Of a stretch of DNA of 64,000 bases, positions 1-13,600 are shown piece by piece. Positions within the stretch are counted from its first letter, which is position 1. Each line of letters starts with the position of its first letter. Origin of the DNA: Eledone cirrhosa (taxonomy: Eukaryota); the NCBI GenBank assembly GCA_964016885.1, contig OZ024747.1, positions 26,040,001-26,104,000 on the forward strand, written 5' to 3'. The position numbers were made by a program, and so were the translations under genes. The notes below the pieces were generated by a model that searched no databases, was not told the origin of the DNA, and saw only the letters and a list, made by a program, of their open reading frames with translations.

Positions 1-34
1 ACATATATATGTATATATATACATATATATATAT

Positions 35-91
<57 letters not shown>

Positions 92-94
<3 letters not shown>

Positions 95-686
95 TGGCTG
101 CCAACTCGTTTTCGAGTACGGCCACTACTTTATATCCATGTAGGAGGACCCCTACCGATGCGCTGAACGAGTGTGACTTTTCAGTCCGGCCAGCGACTTG
201 AAAACCCCGGTACAAACACTACACATGTGACAATTATTGACACATAGTGCTGGGCCCATGGTACCATGTCACGACAAGTGCAGAGAGATCTCCAGATATA
301 AAGCAATGCCTGTGCCGTGAAGTTTTTATAGTGAGCAAAGGCACTGCACAAAGCCAGTCTCACTCTCTTAACCAAGATGATATTTACCAAAAAGAAGAAC
401 AAGTCAACATCATTGGATATCATCAGGGTTGCAGGTGTGATATCAGAGTTTTCCTTCTCCTAGAATTCTGCCTTGACAAAGGCTAAGGGGTCATCTCTCC
501 CGGTGATTTTGGATGGCCATTGACTCTTAAGAGCTCCTTTGCCCTTTGACAGGTTTTGTTTTTAGTCCTGCAGGATGTCCAAAGTCACCCTCCTCACCAA
601 GAAACCTTGGTGGGGTTGCCAGTTTAGTCGCCAACGACCCGACCATGGGACAGGTTGTACTGGGATACATGTTACCAGTAGCACCA
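92..686 (-). mobile_element. Non-autonomous RTE-like LINE-derived element (~600 bp) ending in a (TA)n tail
   Basis: Its 3' part is the reverse complement of 33613-33837, which encodes a C2H2-like stretch ([22 protein letters not shown]) typical of RTE ORF2 C-termini. Its 5' part is homologous to 52489-52680. Confidence 0.6.
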
Positions 687-883
687 ATATATATATATAT
701 ACATGTGTATATACATACATATATATGTATACACATATTTTTATGTAAACAAAATGCAGACTATACGAAGCTATATTAATAGGCAACTGCGTAAACTTCG
801 TGATGTGCCAAATAAATATTTAATCAAGTTTCAAATTTACTTAAAGATATTGCATACTTTCTACTTCTACATAGATTATGACA

Positions 884-1030
884 TGTCGGCGAAATAGCAG
901 AGTTGTTAGAACGTCGGATAGAATGCTTTGCAGTATTTGTTTCAGCTCTCTACTCTTAGAGTTCAAATCCCACCGAAGTCAACTTTACCTTTCATACATT
1001 CGAGGTGGATAAAAAAAAAGTACCAGTCTA
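884..1030 (+). mobile_element. tRNA-derived SINE (degenerate)
   Basis: B-box-like GAGTTCAAATCCC followed by GTCAACTTTACCTTTCAT...GATAAAA...GTACCAGT, the core shared by many copies in the window. Confidence 0.7.
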
Positions 1031-1761
1031 GTACTTCCTTTATATCTTTTTCTCATTTCCATTCTTTCACTTTCTATCCTTCTCTGGAAGAAATCTGCTG
1101 TACTCAGGCCTGGAGAAGTTTGAGCTTCGCCAGGTTATAAAAATGTCAATATGGCGTCCTCAAGACTCTCTCAGTCGTTACGGGACTACATAGATTATGA
1201 CATGCAGTACTGAATATTTATGCATAGTTTTAGAAACTGTTATATAATGTTCATATGTGATGATTCTCTAAAATAACATACTATACTATTAGACCAGTTG
1301 AAATTTGAAAAGATGTGTTATTTATTGAGTCGGTCCCGGGATATTTAGCGCCATAGTATAGCTCTATAATGTGTGCCACTTTTTCTCAGTTATATGTATA
1401 ATTCTCTCGAATAAAATAATTTCAACTTACAATTTGTAAGCTGATGAACTCACCTTTTGACATTTCTTGTCCTGATCACAATCAGCCTGTAGTTTCTACT
1501 ACACAGGGTGCATTCACCCACACTAAACTATGTGACAGGTCATAACTACATACGACAATCACCACCGCTTTGGATAGTTCCACAACACTGCTAAACACAA
1601 AATAGGTTTCGCAATCTAATTATTGATCGCAAGAAATTATCATACGAGTAAATTTCTATAAAACTGTGATTCTTTGAGGCTCAGTAATACAACTTTCTGA
1701 AGTGTGCGCCCTAGGCGGAAGTCTAGTTCACCTTAATGATCGCATCTGGCTAATTTGAACT

Positions 1762-2040
1762 GTGAAGGCGCATGCGTAAGGTGTTCGGCTCACGATCGTA
1801 ATGTCATGAGTTTGACATCCAGCACCGCCTTGTGTCCTTGAACTTGACATGCAGCGTTAGTTCACTCAGTTGGTAAAAATGTAATTCAAATGGCCAGTCT
1901 TGTTATATATTGTATTCCGCTGAACGTCCTACGTGGTTGTGGAATACTCAGCCATTTGTGCGTTAATTTCAAGAGCAGGCTATTCCATTGCGCAAACAAC
2001 TAAAACACTCGTCGTCGAAACCGACGGAAGACGAACAACA
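1762..2040 (+). mobile_element. tRNA-derived SINE, second family
   Basis: GTGAAGGCGC head, tRNA-like segment and TGTGTCCTTGA core, homologous to 63401-63520 and the reverse complement of 23240-23366. Confidence 0.6.
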
Positions 2041-2154
2041 TGCGGCATATGTTTAATTAATCTATTAAATTTGTTTATTGTATTATATATTTATTTAAGT
2101 ATTTTATTTCTTAAATTTAATAATCTATTCATTTATTTAATTAATTCCTAGTTA

Positions 2155-2460
2155 CGGTGGTGGATTAGCAGAGTCGTTAGGGGCGTCGGTTCTCTGCACT
2201 CTCAGCTCAAATCCCACGAGATCAACTTTGCCTTTTATCCTTTTAGGAACCATAAATAAAGTACTAGTTCAGCACGGGCGGTGAATTGGTGGGATTGTGA
2301 AAGCGTCGAACAGGATACCTTGCGGTGTCTGATCCATACATATGCGTTCCGAGATAAGATCCTGTCTCCTTCAGCCAGGAGCTGTGATCGACATATGAAA
2401 TGATCAATGTGAAAACCAATGGAGAAATTGCTTCCCTACTCCGATCCGATGATCGACTCC
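2155..2460 (+). mobile_element. Adjacent degenerate SINE copies
   Basis: GGTGG..TTAGCAGAGTCGTTAG head, CTCAAATCCC B-box-like motif and CAACTTTGCCTTTTATCC core. A second head starts at 2277. Confidence 0.55.
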
Positions 2461-3129
2461 TTTTTCCCTTTAATTAATTAATTAATTTAATATTTTCAAT
2501 TATTTTGTTTAATTATATGAAATAATGATTCCAGCTGCAAATACAGAGTTTTTGGAAATCCAATCAAGGTATTTCTGTGAAAGCAGATCTGTTTGAATGT
2601 TGACAATTCTGAATTCTGCCCGAAAGAGTCTTAGAAAGTGACAGATCAATAATTTGATAATCTTTGAACTGAAAGTGTTTCTTGAGTATATGTGAAACGT
2701 TATGTTGTAGATAACCTGTGTAGTTGTTACATTGGCTACTGAGTACAAATAGATAGAATCTTTGGATGTCTCTTACTTTCAATTGGATTATTGAATATAA
2801 CATCAAACTGGACATTTATGGAACCAAATGCCAAATATCTGATCCACGAATGAACAGCAAGTAGCACTTGGTACTGACGAATCTTTGTTTAATTTAATTA
2901 CATAAACAAGGTAGTAAATATTAAAGTGTGTGGAACATTCTCTAGATTACTGGTAGGTATAGAAGAAATTGACAAATTCTATGTTGGTTCGTTCAAAATA
3001 AGTATGATTCAAGTACTAGTATCGATATAAGTGACTTACTTTACCCCAAATTGATGGTTTTGTACAAATTAATAGAAAATAATAGAGTCAACATTAAATA
3101 CTAGGTATTGACTGGCTGATTCCTTTTTG

Positions 3130-3400
3130 TACCGGTCTCCATTGAGACCTCCGTTTTTCTCGGTCCCCAAACTGCTGTTTTACTTGACCCAAACAAAAGA
3201 AGAATATCACGCCCGATGAAAGAGACCTGTTAGGTGGAATGGCTGATGAAAGGGGCATCACTGGCTATTCTCCGTAGCAATTCTTTTGCGATCTTGTTCG
3301 TGAAGCACAGCTGAGATATACGGTCAAAGCGAGGAAGGAGACATGTGAAATGAAATGACTGATGCAGTGGGTATCTCTGGCTCTTCTCTACGAAAATGCT
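3130..3400 (-). pseudogene. Possible decayed L1/Tx1 ORF2 C-terminal fragment
   Basis: Minus frame reads ...VSFIGRDILLLFGSSKTAVWGPRKTEV... with an in-frame stop. It loosely resembles the K..VW..R segment of Tx1 ORF2; weak match. Confidence 0.3.
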
Positions 3401-4368
3401 TTCGCCATCTTCTCTGTTGGGCGCAGTTGAGATATATCACCCAGTTAAGAGTGTAAGAGTAGAGCTTAACCCCCTTCCATTTCCCCTCTTTTTCCTTCTT
3501 TGCCTTTTTCCATTTTCTTATTCTCATTATTATTTTCCTGAGTTACACATATCTGACAAACGATTTCATTTGACAGTTTCTCCCTTGTCGTCCTCCGGGG
3601 AAACGCCTTCTCCATTCTGTCCGCCGGGGCTGTGGGGAGGCCACCAATATGATTGACGGACTTGTCATTTTATCAGTCAGATGTTCTAAGGATTCTATAT
3701 ATATATATATCATATTTATAAGGGAACTATAGCAAGATGTATGATGCTTTAAGATGCATGAATTTGAATCTGATATTCTTAAATAGTGTTAATCTTAATC
3801 GAATATATATAACCCAATAAAAATATAATTAAAGTCCTATGATAATTCCTATATAAAACAATGAGTACAATATTAATGGTTAATATAACTCTACGTCGAT
3901 GCATTTGATACATGTATAAGTGTTAGTGTTTGCAAATTTATCGGAAATACCTTTTATAATTGCATTCTTGATTGTTAATGTGTTAAAGCAAAACGGATAA
4001 AACCACAAACCACCATATTGCACCCCTGTGTTTCTAAGATGTATCTAATATGTATCTAAAACTGATATCATTAAATGATATTTAAACAATTTAAAGTAGA
4101 TTTCTGTTGATAGTTCAAAGCAGGACTGATAATGGATAATTAATGCTTGATAGTTTATCAGACCAGATAAATGTTCAGTAGATCGTATACTGGTTTATAT
4201 GGAATACTTAAATTAGGTATCTAACCAACGGCAACAATATATGTGCACACATACTAATTAACATATTTCTACAAACATATCTAGAAACATACCACAATAG
4301 CGCTCACACATTTTCATACATTCACACACACACACGCGCACACATACATACATACATACATACATACA

Positions 4369-4399
<31 letters not shown>

Positions 4400-4696
4400 G
4401 GATTTGCGGACAAAAAGCGCAGCTCCCTAATTCATAGTCTACAAATGGCTGCGATAGCTGGCACCTTCAAAATATGCAAAACATTCTTGCGATTCAAGGG
4501 ATGACAATTTCTTTTCTTTTACAACCTTGCCACCAGGAAGGTGGCCGGTCAAAAAAATATACTCGAAATTAAGAGAAAGAGAAAACATACATACATACAT
4601 ATATATATATGTATATATAATACATACATATAATATATGTATATATAATACATACATATAATACATACATACATACATATATATATATGTATATAT

Positions 4697-5500
4697 AACG
4701 AAGGAAGTGTGGTAAGGAACCAGGTGGACCATAACGCACCAGAGTACTCAATACTTTGGGTAGTAGAGTGGGTAATAGGAAAATGTTCAAGACCCCAACG
4801 GCAGAGCTCAAACCGTTTCGACGGCTATTTCTGGACTAAATTAGATTTTTAGCGTGGTAATAAATAGCCGATATATGGAATTACCAAGGGGTAATTCCAT
4901 ATATGGGCGTGCGATAATCATGCATTTCTGAAGATTGTAGTTGTCAAAAGGATTGGTCAACATTTCTTGTAAACACAATTAAATCGTTCATGGCAGTGAG
5001 TGGTGATGGTGGCTGGACTTTCCTGTAGAACAATGAGGGAGTGGGTTAAACCAGTCAAGCGTTGAAAGTGAATTCTATACAGAAAATTCTAAGGAGTGTG
5101 GATGAATTAGGCTAGCAGGCGAAAAATAGAATACTAGAGGAATCTGAGAGTGGAAAGTTATAAAATTAAAAAATTAAAAAGTTAATAAATTAAAATCAAA
5201 AAATTAAAATATAATAAATAAAAAATCATATTAAAAAATTAAATAATAAAAAAAAACTAGAGTCTAAAATCGTTGCTATATTTTTAGCTGGTATTGCGTT
5301 TTCGGCCAATGCTATATAGAATTTACGGGGGTGGGGGTATTGAAATTTTGACCAATCTTCAGAAATGCATGATTATCGCACGCCCATATATGGAATTACC
5401 CCTTGAAAAGTTCGGCTATTTATTACCACGCTAAAAATCTAATTTAGTCCAGAAATAGCCGTCGAAACGGCTTGAGCTCTGCCGTCGGGGTCTAAAACAT
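4697..5500. mobile_element. PLE-like non-autonomous element (family A) with inverted arms
   Basis: Arms ~4783-4938 and ~5353-5500 are reverse complements and the element is flanked by (TA)n. The right arm carries an HHR. Fragments recur at 19877, 20408, 24330, 45685 and 53346. Confidence 0.75.
5398..5491 (+). ncRNA. Type I hammerhead ribozyme, U3-A8 core variant with long stem II
   Basis: ACCCC-TTGAAAA-G..CGGCTATTT/AAATAGCCG..C-GAAA-CGGC(TTGAGCTCT)GCCG-TC-GGGGT. All three stems pair, and GUC cleavage is predicted after 5486. Confidence 0.75.
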
Positions 5501-5549
5501 GTATGTATATATATATATATATACATGTATACATCTCTCTCTCGCTCTT

Positions 5550-5636
<87 letters not shown>

Positions 5637-5643
<7 letters not shown>

Positions 5644-5777
5644 AAACAGATTAAAGTTTAAGCAAAGAATCGCTGCTTTCACCCTAGCAGGATCTTCTGA
5701 AGATCGTGTTTCAGAAGATCTCGCTGTGGGTGAAAGCAGCGATTCTTTGCTTAAACTTTAATCTGTTCTTATAATAA
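5637..5777. repeat. ~140-bp near-perfect inverted repeat
   Basis: AACAGATTAAAGTTTAAGCAAAGAATCGCTGCTTTCACCC and its reverse complement surround a GATCTTCTGAA/TTCAGAAGATC core. Confidence 0.85.
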
Positions 5778-5789
5778 ATATTAAAGAAG

Positions 5790-6375
5790 GTAGCTGGGCG
5801 ATCTTCACAATGGACTCGGCTGATCGATAACACTCCATAAGTCAGCAATACCAGGGCACTGGATGAGTTCTTGCAGAACGATCTCGTCCCCGACTCGAAA
5901 GTCCTCAGAATGGACTGGCTAATTCGTTCTCGTCGATTCCTAGAGTGTGTCTGAGAGTGTGGCCGTGAGAATCCACTATAGAAGGCTAAAGCAGAGGTTC
6001 CACTGTCGGTATTGCCCGACTGGTAGAGGCCTCTGAGCGTCTGACAACATTTCCAGATGCAAGGTACCCAGTCTCGGTCTTCGCTTGACCCACGACTGCA
6101 ACTCAATCAGAGACGAGTTGCGGAAAAGCATGTCTGACAAAGGATGACCACAACTGTTCACCGTTTAGGAATACCTGGAGATGCTGCAGCCTCAGCGCAT
6201 ATATTTGCACGATCAGCCGCGTCTTGCCTAGTTCTTCAACTAAAGAGTGTTGGCATCAGATGGACCTCCCTGTTCGGTACCTTGCTCCTGCTATTATCCA
6301 CCTGGAGGTCTGGACCAAGCCAGATCCCGAGGAACTTCACCCAGTCCGTCCGCCCAGCTTCCGACGAAACTGTTG
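5790..6375 (-). pseudogene. Decayed L1/Tx1-clade LINE ORF2 fragment (RT thumb and downstream)
   Basis: Minus frames give VKFLGIWLGPDLQVDN (vkyLGI thumb motif) and ALRLQHLQVFLNGEQLWSSFVRHAFPQL, with frameshifts. Confidence 0.7.
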
Positions 6376-6789
6376 AACAATATAGATTTGATTCTCTTGG
6401 TACTGAGCTGCAAACTCACCTATTTTTCCGGGTTCATTTTGCTCCCCTCAACCTTTCATATTCCCCCCCCCCCCCCCCCACACACACACATATGTATATA
6501 TATATATGTGATTTACACCTAGAAATTTCCTCTTCAAGACACACGCCTGGGTAAAGTGTTTTGTGAAAGACCAGCAGACGCCCATATATACCAGTTTCTC
6601 TTCTCGACACCAATTGTTGTCTAAGGGAGAAGCTGAGCCCGATACAGCTTGGCACCAGTGACGTTTGCAAATCATATATACACTATATAAATTATATATA
6701 TACTACATGTAATGTTGGCCAAGAGGAAGACAAAGACCGACAGTGTCGTCGCTCTCTCATTTTTAATGACTGTGTGCTCTGCAGCAATG

Positions 6790-6890
6790 TGAAATAAAGT
6801 GTCTTGCTCAAGGACATAATGTGCCACTGATCCAGGAGTCAAATTCATGACATTAGGATCGGGAACCGAACAGCCCTAACCGTTAAGCCT
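6790..6890 (-). mobile_element. tRNA-derived SINE fragment
   Basis: GAAATAAAGTGTCTTGCTCAAGGACATAA is the reverse complement of the second SINE family core. Confidence 0.6.
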
Positions 6891-6929
6891 TGTGTCTCAC
6901 CAAATCAATACAACATTCCTCATAAGCAA

Positions 6930-7002
6930 GAATACCACGACCACCACCACCATCATAATTACTACCAACAATAATCAGTACTACCACCATCACCATGTGC
7001 CT

Positions 7003-7060
<58 letters not shown>

Positions 7061-7070
7061 GCTGCTGCTG

Positions 7071-7106
<36 letters not shown>

Positions 7107-7203
7107 ATACTACTACTACTACTACTGCTACTGCTACTACTACTACTACTACTGCTGCTGCTACTGCTGCCGCTGCTGCTGTTGCTGTTGCTGTTACTAC
7201 TAG

Positions 7204-7264
<61 letters not shown>

Positions 7265-7446
7265 GCTGTTGCTGCTGTTACTGCTAACATCGTCATCGCC
7301 AACACCTCGCTAACAACCACCACCACTACAACCATCACCATAACAATCACTACCATAACAATCATCACCATAACTATCACCACTATAACAATCATCACCA
7401 TAACAATAAACCACCACCACCACCACCACCACCACCACCACCACTA
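6930..7446. repeat. Compound trinucleotide microsatellite (CTA/CTG/CCA)n
   Basis: Read directly from the sequence. Confidence 0.95.
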
Positions 7447-7699
7447 ACATCTATAATGAGTAGTAATAGCTTTAATGCCCCAGGACTATCGTTACTATAA
7501 ATATTGCTGTTAGCCCCTAATCGACTACTATAACCACTACAACAGCCATCACCACAACCACCGCCATCTTACCTACTTCCCCGGCACCAATATATTTTGG
7601 CAGAATCATCATCGTCATTATCAGCAACAGGTAATGTCTTTTACTATTTAAATCATTACCGACGTCGCCAACACCATTACAATCAGCATTGTTACTTCC

Positions 7700-10600
7700 A
7701 CCACGACCAACAACATCACAACCAGCCCCAATACCACCACCACTACCAACAACATCACAACCAGCGTCAATACCACCACCACTACCAACAACATCACAAC
7801 CAGCCTCAATACCACCACTACTACCAACAACATCACAACCAGCCTCAATACCACCACCACTACCAACAACATCACAACGAGCCTCAATACCACCACCACT
7901 ACCGACAACATCACAACCAGCCTCAATACCACCACCAATACCAACAACATCACAACCAGCCTCAATACCACCACCACTACCAACAGAATCACAACTAGCC
8001 TCAATACAACCACCACTACCAACAACATCACAACCAGCCTCAATACCACCACCACTACCAACAACATCACAACCAGCCTCAATACCACCACCACTACCAA
8101 CAACATCACAAACAGCCCCAATACCACCACCACTACCAACAATATCACAACCAACCTCAATACCACCATCACTACCAACAACATCACAACCAGCCTCAAT
8201 ACAACAACCACCACTACCAACAACATCACAACCAGCCCCAATACCACCACCACTACCAACAACATCACAACCAACCTCAATACCACCATCACTACCAACA
8301 ACATCACAACCAGCCTCAATACCACAACCACCACTACCAACAATATCACAACCAGCCCCAATACCACCACCACTACCAACAACATCACAACCAACCTCAA
8401 TACCACCATCACTACCAACAACATCACAACCAGCCTCAATAGCACAGCCACCACTACCAACAACATCACAACCAGCCCCAATACCACAACCACCACTACC
8501 AACAACATCACAACCAGCCTCAATACCACCACCACTACCAACAACATCACAACCAGCCCCAATACCACCATCACTACCAACATCACAACCAGCCCCAATA
8601 CCACCACCACTACCAACAACATCACAACAAGCCTCAATACCACCACCACTACCAACAACATCACAACCAACCTCAATACTACCACCACTACCAACGATAT
8701 CACAACCAGCCCCAATACCACCACCACTACCAACAACATCACAACCAGCCTCAATACCACCACCACTACCAACAACATCACAACCAACCTCAATACCACC
8801 ACCACTACCAACAACATCACAACCAGCCTCAATACCACCACCACCACCACTACCAACAACATCACAACCAGCCTCAATACAACCACCACTACCAACAACA
8901 TCACAACCAACCTCAATACCACCACCACTACCAACAACATCACAGCCAGCCTCAATACCACCACCACCACCACTACCAACAACATCACAACCAACCTCAA
9001 TACTACCACCACTACCAACAACATCACAACCAGCCTCAATACCACCACCACTACCAACAACATCACAACCAGCCCCAATACCACCACCATTACCAATAAC
9101 ATCACAACCAGCCTCAATACCACCACCACTACCAACAACATTACAACCAGCCCCAATACCACCACCACTACCAACAACATCACAACCAGCCTCAATACCA
9201 CCACCACTACCAACAACATCACAACCAGCCCCAATACCACCATCACTACCAACAACATCACAACCAGCCTCAATACCACAACCACTACCAACAAAATCAC
9301 AACCAGCCCCAATACCACCACCACTACCTACAACATCACAACCAGCCGCAATACCACCACCACTACCAACAACATCACAACCAGCCTCAATACCACAACC
9401 ACTACCAACAACATCACAACCAGCCTCAGTACCACCACCACTACCAACAACATCACAACCAGCCCAATACCACCACCACTTCCAACAACACAACCAGCCT
9501 CAATACCACCACCACTACCAACATCACAACCAGCCGCAATACCACCACCACTACCAACATCACAACCAGCCTCAATACCACCACCACCACTACCAACAAC
9601 ATCACAAACAGCCTCAATACCACCACCACCACTACAAACAACATCACAACCAGTCTCAATACCACCACCACTACCAACAACATCACAACCAGCCTCAATA
9701 CCATCACCACCACTACCAACAACATCACAACCAGCCTCAATACCACCACCACCACTACCAACAACATCACAACCAGCCTCAATACCACCATCACTACCAA
9801 CAACATCACAACCAGCCTCAATACCACCACCACCACTACCAACAACATCACAACCAGCCTCAATACCACCAACACTACCAACAACATCACAACCAGCCTC
9901 AATACCACCACCACTACCAACAACATCACAACCAGCCTCAATACCACCACCACCACTACCAACAACATCACAACCAGCCTCAATGCCACCACCACCACTA
10001 CCAACAACATCACAACCAGCCTCAATACCACCACCACCACTACCAACAACATCAGAACCAGCCTCAATACCACCATCACTACCAACAACATCACAACCAG
10101 CCTCAATACCACCACCACCACTACCAACAATATCAGAACCAACCTCAATACCACCATCACTACTAACAACATCACAACCAGCCTCAATACCACCACCACC
10201 ACCACCACTACCAACAACATCGCAACCAGCCTCAATACCACCACCACTACCAACAACATTACAACCAGCCTCAATACCACCACCACTACCAACAACATTA
10301 CAACCAGCCTCAATACCACCACCACTACCAACAACATCACAACCAGCCTCAATACCACCACCACTAACAACAACATCACAACCAGCCTCAATACCACCAC
10401 CACCACCACCACTACCAACAACATCTCAACCAGCCTCAATACCACCACCACTACCAACAACATCACAACCAGCCTCAATACCACCACCACCACCACCACT
10501 ACCAACAACATCGCAACCAGCCTCAATACCACCACCACTACCTACAACATCACAACCAGCCGCAATACCACCACCACTACCAACAACATCACAACCAGCC

Positions 10601-13600
10601 TCAATACCACCACCACTACCAACAACATCACAACCAGCCTCAATACCACCACCACCACTACCAACAACATCACAACCAGCCTCAATACCACCACCACCAC
10701 TACCAACAACATCACAACCAGCCTCAATACCACCATCACTACCAACAACATCACAACCAGCCTCAATACCACCACCACCACTACCAACAATATCAGAACC
10801 AACCTCAATACCACCATCACTACAAACAACATCACAACCAGCCTCAATACAACAACCACCACTACCAACAACATCACAACCAGCCCCAATACCACCACCA
10901 CTACCAACAACATCACAACCAACCTCAATACCACCATCACTAACAACAACATCACAACCAGCCTCAATACCACATCCACCACTACCAACAACATCACAAC
11001 CAGCCCCAATACCACCACCACTACCAACAACATCACAACCTGCCGCAATACCACCACCACTACCAACAACATCACAACCAGCCTCAATACCACAACCACT
11101 ACCAACAACATCACAACCAGCCTCAGTACCACCACCACTACCAACAACATCACAACCAGCCCAATACCACCACCACTTCCAACAACACAACCAGCCTCAA
11201 TACCACCACCACTACCAACATCACAACCAGCCGCAATACCACCACCACTACCAACATCACAACCAGCCTCAATACCACCACCACCACTACCAACAACATC
11301 ACAAACAGCCTCAATACCACCACCACCACTACAAACAACATCACAACCAGTCTCAATACCACCACCACTACCAACAACATCACAACCAGCCTCAATACCA
11401 TCACCACCACTACCAACAACATCACAACCAGCCTCAATACCACCACCACCACTACCAACAACATCACAACCAGCCTCAATACCACCATCACTACCAACAA
11501 CATCACAACCAGCCTCAATACCACCACCACCACTACCAACAACATCACAACCAGCCTCAATACCACCAACACTACCAACAACATCACAACCAGCCTCAAT
11601 ACCACCACCACTACCAACAACATCACAACCAGCCTCAATACCACCACCACCACTACCAACAACATCACAACCAGCCTCAATGCCACCACCACCACTACCA
11701 ACAACATCACAACCAGCCTCAATACCACCACCACCACTACCAACAACATCACAACCAGCCTCAATACCACCATCACTACCAACAACATCACAACCAGCCT
11801 CAATACCACCACCACCACTACCAACAATATCAGAACCAACCTCAATACCACCATCACTACTAACAACATCACAACCAGCCTCAATACCACCACCACCACC
11901 ACCACTACCAACAACATCGCAACCAGCCTCAATACCACCACCACTACCAACAACATTACAACCAGCCTCAATACCACCACCACTACCAACAACATTACAA
12001 CCAGCCTCAATACCACCACCACTACCAACAACATCACAACCAGCCTCAATACCACCACCACTAACAACAACATCACAACCAGCCTCAATACCACCACCAC
12101 CACCACCACCACCACTACCAACAACATCTCAACCAGCCTCAATACCACCACCACTACCAACAACATCACAACCAGCCTCAATACCACCACCACCACCACC
12201 ACTACCAACAATATCAGAACCAACCTCAATACCACCATCACTACAAACAACATCACAACCAGCCTCAATACAACAACCACCACTACCAACAACATCACAA
12301 CCAGCCCCAATACCACCACCACTACCAACAACATCACAACCAACCTCAATACCACCATCACTAACAACAACATCACAACCAGCCTCAATACCACATCCAC
12401 CACTACCAACAACATCACAACCAGCCCCAATACCACCACCACTACCAACAACATCACAACAAACCTCAATACCACCATCACTATCAACAACATCACAACC
12501 AGCCCCAATACCACAACCACCACTACCAACAACATCACAACCAGCCTCAATACCACCACCACTACCAACAACATCACAACCAGCCCCAATACCACCATCA
12601 CTACCAACAACATCACAACCAGCCCCAATACCACCACCACTACCAACAACATCACAACAAGCCACAATACCACCACCACTACCAACAACATCACAACCAA
12701 CCTCAATACTACCACCACTACCAACGACATCACAACCAGCCCCAATACCACCACCACTACCAACAACATCACAACCAGCCTCAATACCACCACCACTACC
12801 AACAACATCACAACCAACCTCAATACCACCACCACTACCAACAACATCACAACCAGCCTCAATACCACCACCACCACCACTACCAACAACATCACAACCA
12901 GCCTCAATACCACCACCACTACCAACAACATCACAACCAGCCTCAATACCACCACCACTACCAACAACATCACAACCAGCCCCAATACCACCACCACTAC
13001 CAACAACATCACAACCAGCCCCAATACCACCACCACTACCAACAACATCACAACCAGCCCCAATGCCACCATCACTACCAACAACATCACAACCAGCCTC
13101 AATACCACAACCACTACCAACAAAATCACAACCAGCCCCAATACCACCACCACTACCAACAACATCACAACCAGCCGCAATACCACCACCACTACCAACA
13201 ACATCACAACCAGCCTCAATACCACCACCACTACCAACAACGTCACAACCAGCCTCAATACCACCACCACTACCAACAACATCACAACCAGCCCAATACC
13301 ACCACCACTTCCAACAACACAACCAGCCTCAATACCACCACCACTACCAACATCACAACCAGCCGCAATACCACCACCACTACCAACATCACAACCAGCC
13401 TCAATACCACCACCACCACTACCAACAACATCACAACCAGCCTCAATACCACCACCACTACCAACAACATCACAACCAGCCTCAATACCACCACCACTAC
13501 CAACAATATCACAACCAACCTCAATACCACCATCACTACCAACAGAATCACAACCAGCCCCAATACCACCACCACTACCAACAACATCACAACCAGCCTC

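Noticed and set aside
2564-2815. 83-aa non-repetitive minus-strand ORF
   Set aside because: No recognisable domain, and the splice context is weak.
1441-3260. Isolated CTGATGA/CTGACGA heptamers (1441, 2875, 3243)
   Set aside because: No downstream stem II plus GAAA and no pairing stem I.
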